Sequence record: CP132210.1
Direction: 5' to 3' (one strand)
DNA length: 64,000 bases
Source of the DNA: a plasmid
Shown one piece after another: positions 57,315-64,000 of this stretch. The notes beneath the pieces were generated by a model. The model saw only the letters and a list, made by a program, of their open reading frames with translations, was not told the DNA's origin and did no database searches. How positions within the stretch are numbered: the first letter of the stretch is position 1; the number at the start of each line of letters is the position of its first letter. Both the position numbers and the translations under genes were made by a program.

Positions 57315-58319
57315 TTGCACGATACGAACAACGACCGAGAAGGCTCGCTTTCACATGTGAAAGCGAGCGTTCCGTCAGAACAAACCGTCCGCAGTGAACT
57401 GCTGCCGTCATCGAGCTCGCTCCGAAACATCCAGGACAACCCTGCCGTCGCCTATCTGATGAGTCTCGGGTCAAAGCGAAGCAGGCAGACAATGGGGTCA
57501 TTCCTCAACATTGTCGCCAAGATGATCGGGTTTCAGAACCTTCGTGACTGTGCCTGGAGCTCAATGAGGCGGCATCATGTCCAAGCTGTGATCCAAATAC
57601 TCAGCGACTCTGACCGCGCTCCAGCCACGATCAATACCTACTTGGCTGCACTGAAAGGAGTTGCCCTGGAAGCGTGGACAATGAAGCAGATTGATACCGA
57701 CAGTTACCAGCATATCAAGCAGGTGCGTTCGGTGAGGGGCTCTCGCTTACCCAACGGGCGAGCCCTCGAAAAGCACGAGGTCAGAGCCCTTTATTTCACA
57801 TGTGAAAACGATCGGAGCTCCAAAGGGTTGCGTGACGCAGCCATCCTTGCTGTTTTAGTCGGGTGCGGGCTTCGGCGCTCGGAGGTTGTCGCCCTCAATA
57901 TGGAATGCGTCATCACCAGGGAGCAGGCGCTTCGGGTGCTGGGTAAGGGTAACAAAGAGCGCATCGCTTATGTGCCTGACGGGGCTTGGCAGCGGCTTAT
58001 GCGTTGGGTGAATGAGGTTCGTGGTGAGCAGCCCGGAGCTCTGTTTCAGCGGATCAGGCGGTTTGATGATGTCACCGCCGACAGAATGACGGACCAGGCT
58101 ATCTATCACATTCTTGAAACCAGGAGAATTGAGGCAGGGTTGGAAAAATTCGCTCCACATGATCTTCGCCGAACCTTTGCATCGGCCATGCTGGACAATG
58201 GTGAGGACATCATCACGGTCAAGGATGCGATGGGCCATGCCAGTGTCACGACCACGCAGAAGTATGATCGCCGGGGAGATGAGCGCTTGAAACAGGCCAG
58301 TCGGCGTCTCGAATTCTGA
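57315..58319 (+). CDS. Tyrosine site-specific recombinase (phage integrase family)
   Basis: R..HDLRRTFAS..GHASVTTTQKY catalytic boxes; starts 3 nt after phosphatase-like gene. Confidence 0.85.
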   Translation: MHDTNNDREGSLSHVKASVPSEQTVRSELLPSSSSLRNIQDNPAVAYLMSLGSKRSRQTMGSFLNIVAKMIGFQNLRDCAWSSMRRHHVQAVIQILSDSDRAPATINTYLAALKGVALEAWTMKQIDTDSYQHIKQVRSVRGSRLPNGRALEKHEVRALYFTCENDRSSKGLRDAAILAVLVGCGLRRSEVVALNMECVITREQALRVLGKGNKERIAYVPDGAWQRLMRWVNEVRGEQPGALFQRIRRFDDVTADRMTDQAIYHILETRRIEAGLEKFAPHDLRRTFASAMLDNGEDIITVKDAMGHASVTTTQKYDRRGDERLKQASRRLEF

Positions 58320-58334
58320 ATTATCCGCACATGC

Positions 58335-58359
58335 CTTAATCATGTGGCACATGATTAAG
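58335..58359. repeat. Perfect inverted repeat CTTAATCATGTG-g-CACATGATTAAG just after recombinase stop
   Basis: 12-bp arms, 1-nt spacer; readable as 9-bp arms with 7-bp spacer GTGGCAC. Confidence 0.6.
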
Positions 58360-58564
58360 TGTTGCATATGAAGTGGGTCGTTGAGCGTCCCCCCCCCAAA
58401 CTCAAGAGCTACTACCGGCTCACCGTGGGCCTCTGAGCGGGATCCCCCCTGCTGGCAGCCGAGCTCCAGGGCCCACCCCACACCCGCCACCGACAACAGT
58501 CCATCGAGCCCCAAGGCACCGAGGGCCCCCGACCATGCACCTACGATGGCAGGCAAGCTTCGGG

Positions 58565-58683
58565 GCGCTCACCTTGATATATAACCTCTATAGAGGTTAT
58601 TATCTAAATAACCCTTGCGGGGGTTAAAATGAAATTAACCCCTGTAGGGGATATAGTTAGAATAACCTCTAAAGGGGGTAAGA
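58565..58683 (+). promoter_or_regulatory. hipBA operator array: four TAACCYCT-N3-AGRGGTTA-like palindromes
   Basis: ATAACCTCTATAGAGGTTAT (58581-58600), TAACCCTTGCGGGGGTTA, TTAACCCCTGTAGGGGATA, ATAACCTCTAAAGGGGGTA upstream of HipB-like gene. Confidence 0.6.
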
Positions 58684-58935
58684 ATGAAAGTGACATCTCC
58701 ATCCTTGCTTGCGGCTGCGGTGCGTGACCAGCGCAAGCTCAGCAAACTAACGCAGTCAGAGGCGGCGAAACAGGTCGGAATCAAGCAGACGACCGTCTCT
58801 GATTTTGAACTACGGCCAGAATCTACCAAGCTGGAGACGCTATTCAAGCTCCTTTCTGCACTGGATCTGGAGCTTCATGTCGTGAAGCGGGGTTCAACAT
58901 TGGACGATAGTAAAGTCTGGGATAGGGAGTGGTAA
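58684..58935 (+). CDS. hipB: HipB-like HTH (XRE family) antitoxin
   Basis: 83 aa; LSKLTQSEAAKQVGIKQTTVSDFE helix-turn-helix; immediately upstream of HipA kinase. Confidence 0.75.
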   Translation: MKVTSPSLLAAAVRDQRKLSKLTQSEAAKQVGIKQTTVSDFELRPESTKLETLFKLLSALDLELHVVKRGSTLDDSKVWDREW

Positions 58936-58938
58936 GCC

Positions 58939-60252
58939 ATGAAAATGCAGACGCTAACAGTGGCGATGAATGGTGAGGTCGTAGGAACACTGTACCGAGA
59001 TAACAAAGGGGCCATGTCATTTCAGTATGCCCCGGAGTGGATCTCGGAACCAGGTTCACGCGCCATTTCCATGTCACTGCCTTTGGGTCATGGCAGGATC
59101 ACAGGAAGTGAAGTCTTCAATTTCTTTAGCAACCTCCTACCCGACTCAGAGGCAATTATTGCCAGGATGCAGGCTAGGTTCAGAGTTGAGACAACACATC
59201 CATTTGATTTGCTGGCGAGTGTTGGCCGGGATTGTGTTGGAGCTATCCAGCTCTATTCCCCCGATGCGGACATCCCAACTGTAATGGAGACGCTTGCAGA
59301 GCCTCTGGATGAAGCTCAGATTGAGCAACTGCTTGAAGGCTACCAGGAAGCGCCCCTTGGGATGGCAGAGGATGCTGATTTTCGGATCTCGATTGCCGGA
59401 GCCCAAGAGAAAACTGCACTGCTTTGGTATCAGGACCGCTGGCAACGCCCCCTGGGCAGCACCCCAACAAGCCATATTTTTAAGCTACCCATTGGTAAGA
59501 TTGTTCAAAATAACATCGATCTCAGTGAGAGTTGTGAGAATGAATGGCTCTGTTTGCGCATTGCAAAGGCCTTCGGTTTTGACGTCGCCAATGCGGACCT
59601 AGCAACGTTCGGCAAGAAGAAGGTGCTTGTCGTTCAGCGTTTTGACCGGCGCTGGTCTAAATCCGGCGAATGGCTTCTACGATTGCCCCAAGAAGACTTC
59701 TGCCAAGCTCTTGGGATCGCTCCTGCGCTCAAATACGAGTCACATGGAGGGCCAGGTATTGCTGACGCAATGAAGTTGTTGTTGGGGTCCAGACTTGCGG
59801 CTAAGGATAGAGAGCAATTTTTCAAGTCGCAGATCCTATTCTGGATGTTGGCCGCGATTGATGGGCACGGGAAGAACTTCTCCATCTTCATTGAGCCTGC
59901 ATCGTCATTTAGGATGACCCCCCTCTACGATGTCATGTCTGCTTTTCCTATCTTCAAAAGCGGGGGAATTGCTGCTCAAAAGGCCAAGATGGGGATGGCG
60001 CTCCAAGGCAAAAACCGCCAATACCATTTTGCGATGATCCAGCCTCGTCATTTTATCAGTACCGCCGCCCATGTCGGGTTCCCACAAGATACCGCCGCTC
60101 AACTTATGTTCGACATGGCTACCAAGACAGAGGAGGTGGTTGCCACAGTAGCGGCTGAGCTGCCAGCCGGTTTCCCAGAGCACATCAGTAGCGCCATCTT
60201 CGAGGGGCTGTCCAGCCAGGCGGCTAAGATCTTGAAGGGAGTAGCCAAATGA
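58939..60252 (+). CDS. hipA: HipA-family serine/threonine kinase toxin
   Basis: 437 aa; SIAGAQEKTAL P-loop-like motif and DGHGKNFS catalytic motif. Confidence 0.85.
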   Translation: MKMQTLTVAMNGEVVGTLYRDNKGAMSFQYAPEWISEPGSRAISMSLPLGHGRITGSEVFNFFSNLLPDSEAIIARMQARFRVETTHPFDLLASVGRDCVGAIQLYSPDADIPTVMETLAEPLDEAQIEQLLEGYQEAPLGMAEDADFRISIAGAQEKTALLWYQDRWQRPLGSTPTSHIFKLPIGKIVQNNIDLSESCENEWLCLRIAKAFGFDVANADLATFGKKKVLVVQRFDRRWSKSGEWLLRLPQEDFCQALGIAPALKYESHGGPGIADAMKLLLGSRLAAKDREQFFKSQILFWMLAAIDGHGKNFSIFIEPASSFRMTPLYDVMSAFPIFKSGGIAAQKAKMGMALQGKNRQYHFAMIQPRHFISTAAHVGFPQDTAAQLMFDMATKTEEVVATVAAELPAGFPEHISSAIFEGLSSQAAKILKGVAK

Positions 60253-60743
60253 GCGAAGAAAACGATTTTGGTGAAAGCATCAAGTTCTACTCTGATGGGC
60301 AACAGGATCCAGTCAAGCGGACAGGCCTGAACGCCCAGTACACCATGACGAAGGCGAACTACCCGACAGTCAGCATCGAGGTTGCTCCGATCTCGAAGCC
60401 ACGTTCTTCCCCAAACTGGGAGAAAAAAATAACAGTGCAGCTTACCAAGGGAGAGTTGAACGCCGTCTGTGGTGTGTTGTTTGGTCTCCGAAAGGAGGCT
60501 GCTGGGTCTTACCACGGGGACGCCAATAACAAGAGCTTTGCGGTTTACAACAATGGTAAAGCAGGGGTGGCTCTTATTGTGAGTCAGCGAGGAGAGCAGC
60601 TTCACCATTTCCTGTCTGCCGATGATCGGATGGAGGCCGCCGTATTTTTTATCCGGCGTTTGGCGGAAGCTTGGAAAGTGAGCTCATCTGATGCGATTGC
60701 GTTGTTACGACAGGCGGCCTGGATGGATAAGCACCTCATTTAA
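60249..60743 (+). CDS. Hypothetical protein translationally coupled to hipA
   Basis: ATGA overlap with hipA stop; 164 aa. Confidence 0.5.
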   Translation: MSEENDFGESIKFYSDGQQDPVKRTGLNAQYTMTKANYPTVSIEVAPISKPRSSPNWEKKITVQLTKGELNAVCGVLFGLRKEAAGSYHGDANNKSFAVYNNGKAGVALIVSQRGEQLHHFLSADDRMEAAVFFIRRLAEAWKVSSSDAIALLRQAAWMDKHLI

Positions 60744-60832
60744 ACCCATTAAGGAGGGAGTGACATGAGTCCTTTTTTGCGAGAAGATAGGGCGCGTTGG
60801 TTGCTACCCGATGTGACCACCATGCTCTTCTT

Positions 60833-60857
60833 GCCGCTCCCGTAGCGGCTTTTTTTA
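60833..60857 (+). terminator. Rho-independent terminator
   Basis: GCCGCT-cccgta-GCGGC then TTTTTTT. Confidence 0.6.
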
Positions 60858-60863
60858 AACTTA

Positions 60864-60884
60864 GAAAAAGCCCCACCGGGGAGG
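60864..60884 (-). terminator. Rho-independent terminator (minus strand)
   Basis: On minus strand CCCC-GGT-GGGG then CTTTTT, downstream of 60918..61856. Confidence 0.55.
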
Positions 60885-60917
60885 CAGGGCTATGAGGTTT
60901 TATACAAGCAATCAGCG

Positions 60918-61856
60918 CTATAAGAATTTTTCCGCAATAGCTCTTTTTCCTTTGGGATCCGATGATTCCAAACAGTCATTTTCCCGGTAGTAAAAGCCAC
61001 TTACTACTAGGTCACTATTACCAATTGTGACCTGAATAAACAATTCGGCGCCATCACTCCATGTGTCTCGCACTTCGGCTTGGCATACCTCTCCATTTAG
61101 TTCAAATTCAAATGCTTGGTGATTGACATCATAGTTTTTGAGTGCTGTGCGGAGCAGGGTCTCAGCTATCAGAACTCTCTTTTTCTTCGAGAGCATTTCC
61201 AGAGACCATTCTTTAACTGGGCCGTACATACCACTGCTGTTTAAAGCGTCCAAGATTTTTCGCATGTGCCCACCAGTGAACTGATTAACCAGCAGTGATG
61301 AACGCGAACCATGTGGTTCACCAAGAATTTCACTTTTGAGGTTCCACCATGTTTCAGCCACTTCTGCTTGGCGAGCATTTCTAACTAGCTCTTGAACGCA
61401 CCATGCGATGGCATCACGACTGCGGATTGTTCCATCCGCCTCAAGGGTGACTTCGGTCGCCACCACAACGACCGGATAAGCGTTGTCATGGTAAAGTGGT
61501 TTATCAAGACGATACGCATCTAAACCTGGAACATTGCGCACTTGCTCTACTAGCGAATTTGCAGCCTCTTCACTATAAGGGCATGAAACAAAGCCTTTGA
61601 CGAACTTGACTACATGATCGAGGCCTTTGTATAGACGGAACAAATCACCAGCTCGATCTTCATTTGGCCTTAGTCTATCTCTAGGGATCGTTAGCACCGG
61701 ATGCCAAGTCGCATATCCGTCTATTGAGTTACCCAGTTCTTTCGTCAGGCGCTCAAATTCATTTTTTCCCGAGATAGGGTCGCTCAAATTCTTTGTCAGA
61801 TATTTCAGCTTGGCTGCATTAACTTCTGCCGCTGCCGTTGGATAGCGAAACTCCAT
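60918..61856 (-). CDS. Hypothetical protein (AT-rich)
   Basis: 312-aa ORF convergent with hipBA operon. Confidence 0.5.
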   Translation of the reverse strand: MEFRYPTAAAEVNAAKLKYLTKNLSDPISGKNEFERLTKELGNSIDGYATWHPVLTIPRDRLRPNEDRAGDLFRLYKGLDHVVKFVKGFVSCPYSEEAANSLVEQVRNVPGLDAYRLDKPLYHDNAYPVVVVATEVTLEADGTIRSRDAIAWCVQELVRNARQAEVAETWWNLKSEILGEPHGSRSSLLVNQFTGGHMRKILDALNSSGMYGPVKEWSLEMLSKKKRVLIAETLLRTALKNYDVNHQAFEFELNGEVCQAEVRDTWSDGAELFIQVTIGNSDLVVSGFYYRENDCLESSDPKGKRAIAEKFL

Positions 61857-62054
61857 GAATACCCCTCGTTGCGTAAGTTGGTGTGTTTACGTAGATTGTT
61901 GATCGAGCGAAATGTGTAGTCAATGCGTATTTTGGTGTTTTCGACTCTCCTTGGGCGCGACAGAAGTCGGCGCTTATCGCTTACAATTTCATCTCATTCA
62001 GCTTTCGTAAGCTTCATTTGAAGTATCATTCCTATCCCAAAATGGAGGTATTTG

Positions 62055-63695
62055 ATGAGAAATGTGGCAAGGAAAGGTGATCCGACTAGCACGGGTGGGA
62101 TGATCCAAGAGGGAGACAGCAGTTGGCTCAGCGAAGGCTCTCCAACAACATATATCGGAATGATAGCGACTTGCCCTGCTTGCAAAGTAGGACAGGGCCC
62201 TATCGTTGCCGTTGGCCCTCGCTCCATCATCGGTCCAGGTGGGCCTGTGGCGCTGCAAGGAGACTATGTTGCCTGCGGTTGCCCATCAATGAGCAATGTA
62301 ATTCTTCCAGCACAAGGAACAACCGTTGGCGATAATATGGGGCCCCGAGCCAAAACAGCCAGCACACCAGTAGAACCACCGGCTTCCACACTAGCAGACT
62401 CACAGCCAGCTTCTGCACTCGCTGACTCCGTAACAACTCCTCTCGTTCCGAAACCCCTTCCGCTGGTGGATCTCTTAGAGACCCGGATCGGCGTCTTTTT
62501 CGATGGCACCCAGAACAACATGCACAACAGCAAGCTCAGGGAGCAATGCGAGAGAGCCAGTGATGCCGTGTGTTCGTCAATAGAGAAGTTGATTGGCGCT
62601 GGAACGTCATACGATAACGGCCTTACCAATGTGGCACGTCTACACAATGCCTACACGGGGAAGGCCATCTACATCGAGGGGATCGGAACCCAATCCGGTT
62701 TGGCGGACGACACAAAGGGCCTAGCTCTTGGTATCGGTGGAACCGGTGTGATCATGAAAGCGCAAATGGGCCTGGATCAGCTCACTGCCCATGTTCAATC
62801 CCTCCCCCCCGGCAGTGTTGTCGTTGATGTATTCGGGTTTAGTCGCGGCGCAGCCGCTGCGCGGCACTTCATCAACAAGCTGCTCGCACTAAACCTGGGA
62901 AGGCCTCTTCGAGTGGGGTTTGTCGGCCTGTTCGACACTGTAGCGGCTATCGGCTCTGCGGCAGATGGTCTGGATACCTCCGATGACAACAATTTGGGGG
63001 TGTCACTCTACCTGGCCCCCGGATGTGCCGATCAGGTGGTTCAACTCACCGCGCACCACGAATACCGGGTCAACTTCGCCCTCAACTCAATCAGCTCGAC
63101 CCATCGTGAGATCCCTCTATACGGAGCCCATAGCGATATAGGTGGCGGGTATCTTGCCGGTGAAGAGCGGATCCCCATAGCTAGACCCTATGAGGTCACT
63201 ATGATGGTGGGTGATCAAGAAGCCTTGAAGGCATTCAAGTCCGAAGCCTCCAAGCGCTACTATGAAGCTCAGAAGGTCTATCAGGCCTATCTGGCAACAC
63301 CGTCACAACTCAAAGACGAGCTCCACCAATACTCGATCCCTACACCGTCGGGCGGCAGAACTGGCTACATTGCAAACACGGTTATGACCCGGTACGTCAA
63401 ACCAGAGCTGCAATTGCTTGCAGGCCACCTCATGCGACAGCTTGCCGCAGAGTCAGGCGTTCCGATCCTGGAGCTTACGGAAACCATTCCAGACGAGCTT
63501 GCGGCAATATTTACTGCCTACCAGGCAGCGGCTACAACGGGTGGGCTGCCGACGCTGACTCCAGAGCAGGAACACCTGATCATGACTCAGTATGCCCACT
63601 GCTCCGACAGTTGGGTTACATCGGCAGGGATCTTCGTTAACGCACCAGCGCCATCCAGAATACGTCGGGTCTACCAGCAACAGCAGGGGAAGTAG
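62055..63695 (+). CDS. PAAR-domain protein fused to DUF2235 (Tle1-family) lipase-like domain; putative T6SS effector
   Basis: N-terminal PAAR pattern (GDPTSTGG ... ACGC); Pro/Ala linker; FFDGTQNN and GFSRGA (GxSxG) alpha/beta-hydrolase motifs; GGAGG RBS before ATG 62055. Confidence 0.7.
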   Translation: MRNVARKGDPTSTGGMIQEGDSSWLSEGSPTTYIGMIATCPACKVGQGPIVAVGPRSIIGPGGPVALQGDYVACGCPSMSNVILPAQGTTVGDNMGPRAKTASTPVEPPASTLADSQPASALADSVTTPLVPKPLPLVDLLETRIGVFFDGTQNNMHNSKLREQCERASDAVCSSIEKLIGAGTSYDNGLTNVARLHNAYTGKAIYIEGIGTQSGLADDTKGLALGIGGTGVIMKAQMGLDQLTAHVQSLPPGSVVVDVFGFSRGAAAARHFINKLLALNLGRPLRVGFVGLFDTVAAIGSAADGLDTSDDNNLGVSLYLAPGCADQVVQLTAHHEYRVNFALNSISSTHREIPLYGAHSDIGGGYLAGEERIPIARPYEVTMMVGDQEALKAFKSEASKRYYEAQKVYQAYLATPSQLKDELHQYSIPTPSGGRTGYIANTVMTRYVKPELQLLAGHLMRQLAAESGVPILELTETIPDELAAIFTAYQAAATTGGLPTLTPEQEHLIMTQYAHCSDSWVTSAGIFVNAPAPSRIRRVYQQQQGK

Positions 63696-63697
63696 GA

Positions 63698-63970
63698 ATG
63701 AGGAGACTGTGGGCTATCGCGCTCGTAGGCGCAATTGTGATACTCGTCGCAGTGATGATCCTCAGCGACAAAGCACCAGACAAACCGAAAGAGGGTGAGT
63801 TGAGGAGCATCAACACCCCCAGTCATGGAGTGGGGGTTCTCTTCGGCTCACCTAAGTATGAAGCCAAAGGTGAGCCAGTGGATGGAGGTTTCCTTGATAA
63901 GAAGGGTGCTGGTGAGCCAATGGCCCCTCTCCCTGGCGCTCCTAGCGATGGACGTGCCATCGAGGAATAG
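63698..63970 (+). CDS. Small membrane-anchored protein, possible cognate immunity/accessory protein
   Basis: Starts 3 nt after effector stop; N-terminal TM LWAIALVGAIVILVAVMIL. Confidence 0.4.
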   Translation: MRRLWAIALVGAIVILVAVMILSDKAPDKPKEGELRSINTPSHGVGVLFGSPKYEAKGEPVDGGFLDKKGAGEPMAPLPGAPSDGRAIEE

Positions 63971-64000
63971 CCCCGTCTAGTGTTGCAGATATGAAAAGAG

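Noticed and set aside
58380-58560. GC-rich segment containing GGATCC, GAGCTC, GGGCCC and AAGCTT within about 120 bp, resembling a cloning polylinker
   Set aside because: No contiguous canonical multiple-cloning-site order or vector backbone features. Hexamers of this type are expected by chance in 68% GC DNA. Treated as an unexplained compositional anomaly rather than vector contamination.
62055-63695. Calling the PAAR-DUF2235 protein an Rhs/WapA-type polymorphic toxin
   Set aside because: No YD-repeat or Rhs core and only 546 aa. Architecture is the compact PAAR-linker-lipase type.
1-64000. CRISPR arrays, rRNA or tRNA genes, or ICE attachment sites and direct-repeat ends
   Set aside because: No regularly spaced direct repeats with unique spacers, no cloverleaf or rRNA-like segments, and no integrase-plus-tRNA junction were seen. 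The window appears to lie entirely inside the element.

Overview
Most of this window is the interior of a large integrative conjugative element (ICE) of the GI-type T4SS class (PFGI-1 / ICEclc / pKLC102 / ICEHin1056). Neither ICE end (integrase-attachment site pair or flanking tRNA) is visible, and no rRNA, tRNA or CRISPR array was found.

- **Transfer module, 1 to about 24.7 kb (+ strand).** A 5'-truncated traD/VirD4-like coupling protein, small membrane proteins, TraL/E/K/B/V-like core, a pilin-like protein, a DsbC-like protein, the TraC/VirB4 ATPase, a TraF-like S26 peptidase, and TraW-, TraU- and TraN-like proteins. It is interrupted by two unusual genes: a giant 1828-aa secreted repeat protein (9.3-14.8 kb) and a stand-alone EAL (c-di-GMP phosphodiesterase-like) gene inside a lower-GC block (20.2-24.7 kb).
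- **Two minus-strand genes at 24.8-26.4 kb**, followed by a divergent control region.
- **Unidirectional gene array, 26.7 to about 53 kb (+ strand).** About 35 mostly small genes covering DNA-metabolism, anti-restriction and establishment functions: MoxR/CobS-like AAA+ with a vWA partner, RecT with a YqaJ exonuclease, an N6/N4 methyltransferase and a C5 cytosine methyltransferase, a PAPS-reductase-like PP-loop protein, a YfaE-like ferredoxin, a YfbR-like HD dNMP nucleotidase, and a zinc-finger/Toprim primase. Almost every gene in this array sits behind a conserved two-hairpin 5'-UTR module, and eight operon heads carry a longer conserved regulatory repeat.
- **AT-rich cargo block, 53.1 to 64 kb.** Several unknown genes, a dual-specificity phosphatase-like gene co-transcribed with a tyrosine recombinase, a hipBA module with four operator palindromes and a coupled third gene, and a PAAR-DUF2235 (Tle1-like) effector.
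- **A parS-like palindrome**, CTTTCACATGTGAAAG, a perfect 16-bp repeat, occurs five times across the window.
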